A stretch of DNA of 64,000 bases from Eledone cirrhosa (lineage: Eukaryota): NCBI GenBank assembly GCA_964016885.1, contig OZ024747.1:74462001-74526000 (forward strand), written 5' to 3'. The notes below the pieces were generated by a model. It saw only the letters and a program-made list of their open reading frames with translations, had not been told where the DNA came from and did no database searches. Below, one piece after another: positions 25,901 through 38,600 of the stretch; position 1 is the first letter of the stretch, and each line of letters begins with the position of its first letter. A program made the position numbers and the translations under genes.

Positions 25901-26670
25901 GGTGACTTTAGCCGATGCATAATAGAGATGATTTAAATCAGTAATGTTTAGTTTGTTTGTGATGATAATGTTTTTGAGAATTATGTTAGCCTTGTGTATT
26001 ATCTTTTGGTTCTGTTTGGAGTTCTGTATCTTAGGGAGGGTGTCTCGTTCCCCCATGTCAGATTCTTTCATTTTCATCCATTCGATTATAATTTCATCCT
26101 TCAAGTTGGCAAGTTCATTCTCATTCATTTCTTTATCATTTACGATCTCATTGTTTTCATTTTGAGTTTCATCTTGAGCATACACTCCCTCCACTTTTTC
26201 GATCCTTTCTTTAATTTGTTCTGATGTCAGTGATTCCGCCCCAAGCCTGGGATTCGAAGTGTTACAATTTACCTCGTTTTCACTGACACATGTTTCATTT
26301 TCCCTTCGCTGACTTTGTGCTAATAGCTTGATCTAATCAATTTCTATATCAGTTAGTAACTTTTTTTAACAATATTTCTTCGTATATTGGCTAGTTTGTT
26401 ACTGTCAATATAGCCTCTGTTTTCGGGATGTTTCTTTTTCCAGTTGATATATGTCTGTTCTGTATTCGATATATTTGGTGGGTAGTACATGGCAGCGTAG
26501 AAAGCCTCAAGGACTTCTTTATTGTCTTCCCTTGACCATTTTCTCTCTTTTTCTTTGTATTTCTTGGTGGTGAGCATGGAGGGCCAACAGTAGGAGTATT
26601 CCGGTTATGGGAGGTCTCCAGCTCCGAAGTGATGGGAAGGTTTGAACCATTAGCTGATTTTTCGACCCCA
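22983..26670 (-). mobile_element. decayed R4/Dong-type non-LTR retrotransposon (RT plus restriction-like endonuclease)
   Basis: Frameshifted ORF pieces contain KSPGKD, EQKGCKRGSYGCKDQLL, IDYKKAFDS, GIFKGDSLSP, HLFYMDDLKL, ETIDHIISMC...RHD and a downstream IDMSVP/KYKDL endonuclease region. (TAA)n lies at both ends. Confidence 0.9.
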
Positions 26671-26708
26671 TTATATTATTACTATTATTATTATTACTAT
26701 TATTATTA

Positions 26709-26815
26709 GAGGTTGACTTTGCCTTTCATCCTTACGGAGTCGATAAAATAAAGTACCAGTAATGCACTGGGTAATTGCTGGCCTTGTGCCTAAAGTAGAA
26801 ACAATTATTATTATT
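26709..26815 (+). mobile_element. SINE family A, 3' half
   Basis: gactttgcctttcatccttacggagtcgataaaataaagtaccag...ggccttgtgcc. Confidence 0.85.
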
Positions 26816-27206
26816 GCTTCTGACATCAGCGACTGACATGAGGCCAATTAACCCGCTTCACCTAGCAACCGATTGCTAGAGAAACCTTACACAAAGGAGA
26901 GGAAGAATTATGAAATTTTCTTTGAATATCAACGAGATACTGAAGGCAGCCATCTTTGGTTTTGACAGTTTTCGATAGCTATTTTTTCTATTTTTGTATT
27001 GTTCCGTCCTCACATTCACCTAACAAGTCATATCACAAATGATGATAGGTAAATAAGTATAAAGAATTTTGAGAAAATAAATATAGAAACTTAGGATAAA
27101 AGGGAGATAAAAAGAAGTATCAGGGAGTATAAAAGATATGAATTAATTTTGCATTAACGATGTTTTAATGGTATCAAATATCAATTAAATTATTAATATT
27201 GTTATT

Positions 27207-28300
27207 ATATGTAGACGATGTCACCTATTAATGTCGGACATCACAGGAATCGAGATGAACATCACCGTTCTAACTCAATTTCATGCGAGTGAGGATGAGA
27301 AATTAATTCAGACATTGTATTTGTAGTGTGACACCTGGAGTGTAACACCCGGTTGTTACGCTGCTTGGGTGGTTCAGTCTCCGTCATAAGTTACGGGACC
27401 ATACCATGCAATTTTATAGAATACTTCATGTTCGTTTATTCAACCGAGGTGAACTCTGTTCCAACCGCCCTATGATCAAGATAAGTGATGATCATCAAAT
27501 ACTGTATCTAGATCTACATTATTTCATGTTTTCAGTTTTTTGTTATTAATACTTTCTCAAAGTTTGAAGCTACCACGTCTTGAGACACACGAGGCAACCA
27601 AAGTGCTCTCTGACCACGGTCAGTTGCATATATTAATACATCCCACATCTTGAGACACACGAGGCAACCAAAGTGCTCTCTGACCACGGTCAGTTGCATA
27701 TATTAATACATCCCACATCTTGAGACACATGAGGCAACCAAAGTGCTCTCTGACCACGGTCAGTTGCATCTATTAATACATCCCACGTCTTGAGACACAT
27801 GAGGCAGCCAAAGTGCTCCCTGACCACGGTCAGTTGCATATATTAATACATCCCACATATTGAGACACATGAGGCAACCAAAGTGCTCTCTGACCACGGT
27901 CAGTTGCATATATTAATACACCCCACGTCTTGAGACACATGAAGCAACCAAAGTGCTCCAATGAACATGGTCAGTTTCATCTATCAATACATCCCACGTC
28001 TTGAGACACATGGAGCAGCCAAAGTGCTCAAATGAATATGGTCAGTTACATCTATCAATACATCCAATGTCTTGAGACACATGAGGCAGCGAAAGTACTC
28101 CAATGACCACGGTCAGTTGCATCTATTATTACATCGTTCCAGCTTTTGTTGGCGGGTTTCATGTCTCTGTCGATTGTCTGCCAGCAGTTTACCTTGGGGC
28201 GCCCTCAGACACCGTGGGTTCATGATACAGGTCATGATTAGCATGTCTTTCACTTGGGAATCGTATGATGGTTGGGTGTGATTTAAATTATATTTGTCTA
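27207..28300 (+). pseudogene. ancient remnant of Tx1-type ORF2
   Basis: 27207-27340 resembles 37694-37832 (YADD region to ggcacctggag); 28135-28240 resembles 38109-38220. Compared by eye. Confidence 0.5.
27573..28132. repeat. 70-bp minisatellite, 8 copies
   Basis: tgagacac at 27581, 27651, 27721, 27791, 27861, 27931, about 28002 and about 28073. Confidence 0.95.
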
Positions 28301-29319
28301 TAACTTCGAGCGGGTTAAGCAGCTAAGAAGAATCGTTTACATTGGTTCACATCTATGTGTGTTTTGTAAGATTGGATCTTTTTCGATTTTATATCTATTT
28401 ATCGTTAATTTTATTTTAGCAAATATATTTTCGTACTTAGCTTTCAATCCCTAAATCTGCGAGAGAATGTGCGACTTATTTATCATAACGCCTGGTGCTT
28501 CTAATAAGGTTATAAATAGATTTTCTAAGATTCATATATTTCTTGTGGAAAGGAAAAAGGAATTAAAAATAAAAGCCTTAGGCTGACTTTCCTTTGCAAA
28601 TTACTTCTGCTATTTAACGTTAGCCTATACACGTGCGTAATACTGTAAATATTATTTATACTTATATAAGATCAATTACAGAGTGGTTATGTATTGTCAT
28701 TGAAGTATGATTAATTGCAACTGCAACAATTACTTAATAAGATAATTAAAAGAGGATTGTGCTAATGTTCAGAAAATAACTGAAAATTATACATGTTAAA
28801 ACACATTATAAATGGCATACAACCATAGCGAACATCAATTTACTGCAACCAGAAAACAACTCCAACTCACTCATGAAACCTCAAACAATCACAATACAGA
28901 TCTTTTTGTAACCAGCATAACATTTATTTTTTATATTTATTTTACTTATTTATTTACACTTACTAATATACTATGCTTTGATCAACGTTAACTCTATAAC
29001 GCTAAAGATGGTCACATGTGATGTCGAAAAACCGCATATTATTTCTTCTGTATTATAAAAAGGTGTAATGTATTTACTTCCTCCAATAACCAGACTTCCA
29101 CCGCTAGAAAATACGAACAGCTCAACATTAAATTGGTTTATTGACCTCCAGTTGCTTGTTCACCCAAATATGCCTATATAACGTGCGTTCATGTTTGTGC
29201 TTGTCTGACTTGCCAATATTTATATATCTCCATCTTGAAACGTTTGAAGTTAAACCTTATGTATTTTATAGACATATATACGGCATATATACCCATGAAA
29301 CTGTGGAGTTTCGTTTACG

Positions 29320-29428
<109 letters not shown>

Positions 29429-30557
29429 TGTACTTTTATATACATGCACACATACAGACACAGAAGCAGACAAATACATACACATGTATGTATTTATATA
29501 TGTGTGTGAGTGTATGTGTTTATGTGTATGGGTGTATCCCTGTGTGTACATACATACCTACATACGTATATACATATATAAATATATATATATATTTGTA
29601 TATGTATATACGTAGGTATGTATATATATATATATATATATAACACCACATATATACATATGCACACGCACATACAAACACACCTCACGCACACACACAT
29701 ATATATGTGTGTGTGTATGTGTGTGTGCGCACACACTTTTCTACACATCGATATATGCACATATCAATACATAACATTGATTCATTTATTGGTTTATCTT
29801 AATCATCTCTGAAGGTTTATGAACAATAAAATGATCCTTCTCCTTTTAATTATGGTAGCTCAGATCAATAATTCTCCAGCGTGCAACAACATTCTATTCC
29901 TCTCTGGGTGTGCCGCCGAAATACTTTGGCAAACAGCCTATCTTTACATTGAAATACATAAATATAGACACTTTGCTTGGATGCTTTCTGCGTATTTGTT
30001 TTCGGTGTTAGGAGGTCAATATTTAGTGTGCATGTAACATAGTGGCTGGCCAGACCTTTTAAAGTTGCTACAAGTTATTGCTGTTGTTGATTAGCCCCAG
30101 GTCAAATTTTATCGAGTAGATTTCGTAATCAAAAGTGTTCCATCTGTGGCCATCTCTATTAAGATGTTCCAATACGATTTTTAAAGGTACTGATGACTGC
30201 GTTATACCATCGATGTATGTATGTGTGTTCTTCTGGTTTTATAATTTCACAAATTTTTGCGAATAGAGAGAGAGTCGGTTCTAACATAGACACACGACTC
30301 TCTCTCATTGGAATTTACACAACATCAACTAGGTAGATATGTCTGCATGTCTGCATGCATGCATGTGTAGGTATGGATGTTATTGTATGTATGGATGTGT
30401 ATGTTTTGAGTTGTATGTGTGCATGTGCATATGCTTTGTATCTGTACATGTGTATATGCAGTTTTACATATTTTTTTATGTATTTATGTGTGTATGTGTA
30501 TGTACGTGTGTGTGTGTGTGTATGTATGTATGTATTCTTTTTTTTTTTTCAAATTCA

Positions 30558-33351
30558 ATGATGTTCCAGAACAATATAAAAGAGATAATTGGCAATTTAG
30601 GTTCTGGAACAAAAAAGATAATTGGCAATAAGGGCAGGAGCCCCAGGTTATCACAGCCCGGGCCCGCTCGTCATCGTGCCATTGTAATAGAGCCAAACAA
30701 GGCATTTAGTCTTGGCTGCTGGAACGTACGGATGCTGCTTGACAGGGATTCCTTGGAGCGTCCTGAACGAAGGACCGCTCTTGTTGCAAAGGAGCTTCGA
30801 CGTTACGATCTTGACATCGTGGCTTTATCTGAGACGAGGTTAGCTGGAGATGGTCATCTTACAGAATTTTGTGGAGAATATAGATTCTTCTGGAAAGTAA
30901 GAGATGAAGGAACCAGAAGAGAGGCTGGGTAAGATTTGCTGTTAAGACTGTACTTGTGAATAAATTAGAAGAATTCCCAGTAGGGATTAGTGAGCGTCTT
31001 ATGTCCATGAGAATTCCGCTGGACAAAGGAAGATATGCGACCCTGGTGAATGTGTATGCTCCAACTATGAATTCTGTCGATGAAGAAAAAGTGTCCTTTA
31101 CCATGCCTTGAAAGGTGTTTTAAGAAATATCCCTCAGGCAGACAAAGTCATCGTGCTTGGTGACTTTAATGCTAGAGTGGGTAGGGATTTTAACACATGG
31201 AATGTAATCGGAAGGCATGGGGTGGGAAAGTGTAACAACAATGGTATGCTCTTGCTGCAGATGTGTGAGGAGCTGGATCTGTGTGTTACCAACACCATGT
31301 TCCAACAGAAGAACAAATTCAAGACCACATGGATGCATCCTGCATCTAAGGAATGGCATCTTTTGGACTACGTCCTAGTCAGGATGCGTGACAGAGAGGA
31401 TGTGCAGTGTGTTCGTGCTTTTCGTGGAGCTGAGTGCTGGACGGACCACCGCCTGGTACGCGCAAAAGTGAAACTAATCACTAAACGTAAAATCCGGGCT
31501 CCTGGTGTTGCCCTGCCCAAAAGATTGAATGCTGCTCGTCTTAAAGATAAAAATGTGAAAAGGACATTGGAAGAAGAGATGCAGGCTGCAGATCTTGGTG
31601 AGGATTGGCCGACCCTTAAAAAGTCGGTTTATGATGTAGGCAGGCGTGTTCTGGGATTGGTGCAGAGAAAACATCGGGACTAGTTTAATGAGAATGATGT
31701 ACATATAGAAGACTTGTTGGTTTTCGTGCTGGACGCGGCACTACTGATATGATCTTCTCAGCTAGACAGCTCCAGGAGAAGTGCATGGAACAAGGCTTGG
31801 ATCTGTATCAGGTTTTTGTCGATCTGACAAAAGCTTTCGATACTGTCAACAGAGATGCATTATGGAAGGTTCTCCACAAACTTGGTTGCCCTGATAAGTT
31901 CCTTGCTTTAGTTAGGTCTTTCCATGACGACATGAAGGCTTGGGTTAATGTCGGAGGTAACATGTCGGAGCCTATCTCAGTAAAAAGTGGAATGAAACAA
32001 GGGGATATTCCAGCACCGACTCTGTTTGCCATATACTTTGCAATGGTTTTCTGTATTGCATTCAGGAATTGCGAGCATGGTGTTTACATCCGATATCGAA
32101 CCTCAGGCAGCATATTTAACATCAGGCGCTTTGCTGCAAAGACAAAAGTATTTACATCAATCATAAGAGACCTCTTGTATGCAGATGATTGCGATCTTGT
32201 AGCGCACACAGAGAGTGATATGCAGCACATTTTGAATGCATTTTCTGACGCTTGCACTGCCCTGGGATTGACTGTCAGTCTCAAGAAAACCGTCGTCATG
32301 TACCAACCTGCCCCTGGTAAGCAGTACACTGAACCAAATATCTATGTGTATGGTAAACGACTTGGAGTGGTTGATCAGTTTGTCTACCTGGGAAGCACTG
32401 TCAATCGATACGGCAACCTTGACAGTGAAATCTCACTTAGGATTAGGAAAGCAAGTGATGCTTTCGGAAAGCTAGAAAGGCGACTCTGGGGTCGGCGAGA
32501 CATATGCAGGAGGACAAAGGTAAAGGTGTACAGGGCATGTGTACTCTCTTGTCTTCTTTATGCCTGCGAGACCTGGGTCACATATCGACGCCACCTTAAG
32601 CAATTGGAGCGTTTCCATCAGATGTGTCTCAGACGGATCCATGGCGTTCACTGGAGGGACCACATCAGTGATGTCGAGATTTTGGAAAGCTCTATGTGTG
32701 ACAGTATAGAAGCTCTTGTGCTTAAGCAACGACTCCGTTGGAGTGGTCACCTTGCCAGGATGAAGGATTCTAGAATACCAAAACAACTCTTTTATGGAGA
32801 GTTGGTTAAAGGAAAACGACCGCCACATAAACCAAAAAAGAGGTATAAGGATTCCTTGAAAGCCTCTTTGAAAGACGCTAACATCTCTGCTGATACATGG
32901 GAAAATATTGCTGCTGATCGTAATAAATGGAGAAAGACTGTATATGAGGAAAAAGTTGCCTTTGAGGCATCTCGAATCGCATACGAGAAAGTAAAGCGGG
33001 ATGTGAGGAAGGGCATTGCTGTTGCACTTCCAGACGGCGAGGGTCCTCCTATGGTGCTGACATGCAGCGTCTGTGCGAGACTCTGCCTAAGCAAAGCTGG
33101 ACTCGAAAGTCATCTTCGCAGTCATAAAGTAAGACCAGTGGTTGACTACCAGGCTGCTGTTGGAGATGCTACTCATCATGCTTGCCAAACATGTGGTAGA
33201 GAATGTAAATCATCAGGAGCGACATGCAAAAGTACATGAACTCCAACCACAGCCGGCTATTCCCAGTGAATGTTTTGGTTGCCGACTCTGTGCAAGACAT
33301 TTTAGATCATTGGCTGGGCTAAAAAGCCACATTCGATCGCAGCGCTGTTAG
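30558..33351 (+). mobile_element. RTE-clade LINE, frameshifted and internally deleted
   Basis: APE motifs (GCWNVRMLLD, DIVALSETR, LGDFNARVG, TDHRLV). Abrupt jump near 31718 into the RT (GFRAGRGTTDMIF, FVDLTKAFD, KQGD, LLYADD). C-terminal C2H2 motifs. Confidence 0.92.
31749..33239 (+). pseudogene. RTE reverse transcriptase portion with C2H2 zinc finger
   Basis: ORF track 496 aa; YADD; CSVCARLCLSKAGLESHLRSH. Confidence 0.9.
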
Positions 33352-33704
33352 TTGCTATCGTGTGTGTGTGTATAGATATGTTTATGTGTGTGCGTGTATG
33401 TGTATATATATATATATATGTATGTATATTATTATTGTTGTTGTCGTTGTAGAAACAGTTATTATTATTGTTGTTATTATTATTATTATTATTGACGAAA
33501 GTGGATGTACGTTTTTTGAAGCTCCGTGAGTAAGCAATTTTTTGAGGATTAATTGTAGAGAATTGTTTATTTTTTGTACCGCTGAAGCATTATAAGACAT
33601 TAATTTGTATCCTGTGAAGGAATAACTCATAATATTTGGGCCTTTTGGCCCAAATATTTGAACTTTATTTTGAAAAAAAATAATAATTTTTTTCTCAAAA
33701 AAAC

Positions 33705-35615
33705 ATGGCGGAGCCACGCCCCCTAGAGGCGGGTCTGCTGTCGTGCAACGGCGACTTGAGCGTTGAGAGGAGAGGTGAGGCGAGGAGCGCCACCAGCACG
33801 AATGTGAGCAGCGACAGTGCCAGCACCAACGGGCCGAGCGGCGCGGAAGGTGGTAACAGCGACAACACCAACACCAACAAGCCGAACAGCGCAGAAGGTG
33901 GTAATAACGAGAGCACCAACAAAACGAACAGCACAGAGAGTAATAGTAGCGACAGCAACAGCACCAACAAGGCCAACAGCACAGAGGGTAACCACGACAC
34001 AGGGGAGAACAACAACAGCAATAGCAGCAGCAACACCAACAAGAACAACAACAGTGACAACACCAACAAGAACACTTTCGCTGCTGTGGCAGCGGCTAAA
34101 AGGAGACCATGCTACAGCATCGACTTAACCAACAGAGAGGAAAAGTTGGCCCAGGCCTGGAAAATCATAAATCAAGAGCAGACCTGGGCAAACTTAACTG
34201 TCCCGGCAGAAGCCATTGAGGCAGTGGAAAAAAGAACGGTGCATTTCAGATGCATCTCAGTAGAGACAAAGAGGGCAGCGATAATCGCCCAAGCTGACAT
34301 AGAAGCCGCACTGAAATACATCAGAGAGGACACAGACTTCATAGAGAGGGGCAGGCAATACGGCACCGTTTCGGTGCTGTTCAAGTCTGAAGCCCTCGCT
34401 GTGAAGCATTCAATGACCCCTTGCAAAACCAGCAAGGTCATAATGTACCCCTCCCACATGGGAAAACGAATAGCACGTGTGCGCATTCCCAGGATTCCAC
34501 CAGGACTTGATATGTGGTGGCTCCTGGGTTGCGTAATCGTGGAAGGAACGGATACAGTCCCGGTAGAGGCAACGAGAACTGCCAGGGACGACTGGTCCGG
34601 GGTTGATCTGGAGATACTGCTCCAAATCAGACCCGAAAACGTAAAAACAATCCCGGACCACATCCGCCTCCAAAACGGGAGGGTGTTGCATATAATGACT
34701 GAGGGCAAAAGGCCGCATTGTTTCCTTTGTGGGGAAACGACACACTTCCGAGCCTTCTGCCCTCAACTGCCGAAAAGCGCAAGGGGTCGAAAGATTCCAC
34801 TGCTGGCGACGCCGGGACAAGGACCACCAGCAACACCGTCAACAATGGAACCACCAAAATTGCACACCCAGGGGGGAAACGAGGAAAGCTCTCCCATTCC
34901 CCCTCCCCCCCAAAATACACACACGAACAAGAACATAAACACTCACTCAGACACAAACACGCTCACAGCCACAGACCCCTCATCCTCCAGCAGTGAAGAT
35001 GAGGGAAAACCAAAGTCCCCCAAAATACAAAAAACAAAACACAAAAAAAAAAGAAATCCACAAAGCACAAACACCCCCACAAAAAAAAATACACACACCA
35101 CCCACACAAACATTTTCCCCACAGCATCACCAACACAACCACCAAAATCCCCCAAACGCAAACAAGCTAAACAGACACAAGAACAAATAGACACACAAAC
35201 ATCAGAAACTACAGACACCCCACCCACAACAAACGCAGACACAATAGAAACAACACTAACAAAGCTATCACCACCACAATCACACGAACAAATAAAACCC
35301 GAGCAACAAAACATTAAAAACTTCGTGCTTGCCAGAAGGGCCAACAAGGAATTGATGGCCCATGTAGCACGAAGCACAAACATCGAAAAAGACGGGGAAA
35401 CATTTGAAGCGAGCACATTTCGCGTACCAGATAATTTGCTTCTGATGCGAATGTCGCTCGCTTCATACAAAGAAATTCGAAAGAGCTTTCCTCGGGATGT
35501 GGGAACCCCGAACGTAAAACCCACGTCAAGACTATTAAAGGGGTTCCCAAAAGAAACCCCACAAACCATGGAGGTCGAACCACCCGACCTTCACAAGACC
35601 CCGGAAGGTAAGTAA
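33705..35615 (+). CDS. ORF1, gag-like nucleic-acid-binding protein (636 aa)
   Basis: CCHC knuckle CFLCGETTHFRAFC, low-complexity termini, directly upstream of ORF2. Confidence 0.88.
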   Translation: MAEPRPLEAGLLSCNGDLSVERRGEARSATSTNVSSDSASTNGPSGAEGGNSDNTNTNKPNSAEGGNNESTNKTNSTESNSSDSNSTNKANSTEGNHDTGENNNSNSSSNTNKNNNSDNTNKNTFAAVAAAKRRPCYSIDLTNREEKLAQAWKIINQEQTWANLTVPAEAIEAVEKRTVHFRCISVETKRAAIIAQADIEAALKYIREDTDFIERGRQYGTVSVLFKSEALAVKHSMTPCKTSKVIMYPSHMGKRIARVRIPRIPPGLDMWWLLGCVIVEGTDTVPVEATRTARDDWSGVDLEILLQIRPENVKTIPDHIRLQNGRVLHIMTEGKRPHCFLCGETTHFRAFCPQLPKSARGRKIPLLATPGQGPPATPSTMEPPKLHTQGGNEESSPIPPPPQNTHTNKNINTHSDTNTLTATDPSSSSSEDEGKPKSPKIQKTKHKKKRNPQSTNTPTKKNTHTTHTNIFPTASPTQPPKSPKRKQAKQTQEQIDTQTSETTDTPPTTNADTIETTLTKLSPPQSHEQIKPEQQNIKNFVLARRANKELMAHVARSTNIEKDGETFEASTFRVPDNLLLMRMSLASYKEIRKSFPRDVGTPNVKPTSRLLKGFPKETPQTMEVEPPDLHKTPEGK

Positions 35616-35644
35616 ACCTTTCCTCTCCCATTCATCCTGCCAGC

Positions 35645-38600
35645 ATGGCCATAAGAGTAGGAAGTTTAAATGTTCGTGGCCTGGGGTCGCCCTGGAAGCA
35701 AGGTCACTTGCTCAACGACCTCAGGTCACTAGGAATGGATGTAATTGCCATCAGCGAGACCAGAATTTCCGACACACGCGCACTGGCGCCGATTTTCGAC
35801 GATTATCAGATCTTTGCATCTGTTAGTCGGCCGGGAATGGGAGGTGGAGTGGCTGTGCTGTTTAGGAAATGTCTGGATCTCGAGGTAAGGTCAATCTTCC
35901 GGGATCCTGACGGAAAGTTGGTGGTCCTGGACGTGAGCAATAGCGAAGGTGGTGCCTTTAGACTGGTGGCCGTCTACGCCCCTACTGGGGCCGGTCGGCC
36001 GGACTTCTTTAGGCGCCTGGAAAACTTTCTGCTTACGTCTCGCCCTTTACTGTTAATAGGGGATTGGAATGGCATCTTAGAAGCACGCTGGGATTGTGTG
36101 GGAGTATCTGATAGGAGCGGGGGGTGCAAAAGCCTCAAGTACCTGATCAGCCAGTTTCAACTGTCTGACAGGTACCGACTAGATTTCCCTAATGCGCCAG
36201 TATGGACCTGGACCAATCGCATAGGGTCATCTAGATCGTACATAGATAGGATTTTCATTAGGAAAAGAGATAGAAATAGTGTAGGATGTCCACATTTTAA
36301 AACGGTTGCCTATTCAGATCACAAGCTTGTGATCTGTATGGTCGACCTAGATAAGACACGTAGGTTAGGACCTAGCTACTGGAAGCTAAACATGTCGTTT
36401 CCGGCACGTAAAGCTTACAGGGACCGGGTCAACAACTTAGTTAAGCAAAAGTTGACAGGGGGGGTTGTCAACAACAGGTGGTGGGGGGCACTCAAAAGAG
36501 AGATTAGAGCAACCTCGATAGGATTTAGCAAAGAAGTAGCAATAGAGAAAAATAGAAAGGAGGAGGGGCTGATAGCTAAGTTAGACGAGGCTATTTGTAG
36601 TGGCATTGCAACAGACGTGCTAGCGGCGAGAATGGCACTAGACCATTTCTTCAATGCGAAACACGAAGGTTGCATTGTCAGAGCTAAGGCGCGTGCTCTG
36701 AGGAACGAGGGAAGCAAAGCTGCCCGATGGGCTCGCTTTGCAGAGACGCAGCGTGGAAATAAAACCACAATTCGGTCTTTGACGGATCGAGATGGACACG
36801 AACTGAGCGATTCCAAGCAGATGTGTGAGGCCTTTCGCCAGCACTTTGCTCGATTGTTCGGGAGGATGGGTGAGTCGGAGACGGCGGCGGACTTCAGTCC
36901 CTACCTCGACGGCTTGCCACGCCTCTCGACGGCCGACGCTGAGCGCTGCGAAGAGCCGATAACATCAGCCGAAATTCAGGACGCCCTTGTCGGCTGCTCG
37001 AGTCGCAAGTCACCCGGTTTGGATGGTCTGCCCTACGAGCTTTACGTAAATATGCCAGACTTGTTCTCCGATCTCCTCGAAGCGCTCTACTGCAACTGGC
37101 AGCAGAACGGGAGCATTCCCAGTTCTGTGAGCCGTGGCGTAGTGACGCTGATAAGGAAAGACGAGAACAAGAGGGACACACTAGATAATTTCAGGCCCAT
37201 AACCCTGCTCAACACAGAGTTTAAGATTTTGGCCAAGGTGTTAGCGAAAAGGTTGGCGCTTGTCGTCAAAGATTTGGTTGGGGAGGCGCAAACTTGCGCA
37301 ATCCCGACCAGGTCCATACACGACAACCTCCACCTCATGCGATACATCATAGAGAGGGTTGGGTGCAAACCTGGCTTCGGTGGGGCTCTGATCAATTTAG
37401 ATCAATCGAAAGCATTCGATAGGGTCGACCATCGGTACTTGGAGGCTGTCCTCGAGGCGGCTGGCTTCGGCCCCGTCTTCAGAAGCTGGATCGCTGCAAT
37501 GTACAGCGGCATCCGCTCGGTGGTCAAAGTTAATGGCCACCTCTCGGAACCGTTTCAGATCTCTCGATCGGTCCGTCAAGGGTGCCCTCTCTCCTCACTT
37601 CTGTACGTATTGACTCTTGAGCCTCTACTGCGGAAGCTGGAGTTGTTGCAGGGCATCCCGCTCGAACCGGGACGTAGAAAGGCTGCGTCCGCTTATGCGG
37701 ACGACATCACCGTGATGGTGTCGGACACCTCGGAAATCGAGGTGATCCGCACCCATTTGGAGGAATATGAAAGGTTGACGGGAGCAAAACTTAACCCGGA
37801 AAAGTCGGTGGGCTTGCAGCTCGGCACCTGGAGAGGCAAGTCCATGCCGTCCAACAGCGTCGTTGGGCGCTGGACAGACGGACCGGTAAAGTTGCTCGGG
37901 GTTTGGTTCGGACCAGACCTCCAGGTGGATAAGAATTGGGACGAGGTGACGAGCAGGATAGCCAACCTCACCCAGAAATGGGCTGAGAGAAAGCTATCAC
38001 TGAAAGGGCGGGCGGAGGTGGCGAACGCGTACATCGCGTCCGTCATCTACTACCGCCTGACCGTCGTGCCTTGCCCCCGTCCACGCCTCGCCAATTTGGA
38101 ACGGCTCCTTTTCAAATTTTTGTGGAGGGGACGGGTCCCGTTGGTGAGGCGGTCCATCTGCTGCCAGCACCCTCTTCGTGGAGGGCTGGGCATGCCGTGG
38201 CTAATGATGCGCAGACATGCGCTGAGGCTGCGACATCTCCAGATATTTTGCCTAAACGGTGAACAGGTGTGGTCGCCGTTTGTTAGACGGGCCTTTCCGC
38301 AGCTCATCTCTTTGACTGAGCTGCAGTCCTGGGTCAAGAAGAGACCGAGACTGGGCGACTGGCATCTGGAATGTTGCCAGGCGCTCACTGCACTCTGCAA
38401 GGTGGGCAATGCGGTCAGTGGAACTTCCACTCAAGATTTCTATAGAGGATTAGTGGAGGGCAAGTGCGATGACGTACTAGGAGAGGCTCTGGGCGTCAAC
38501 GAAGTAGAACTGACCAGTATGTTCCGGAGGACTTTCGAGCCGGGGACGATGGATAACTTCCAGAAATCCCTCGCTTGGCAGTGCTACCGGGGGACGCTGC

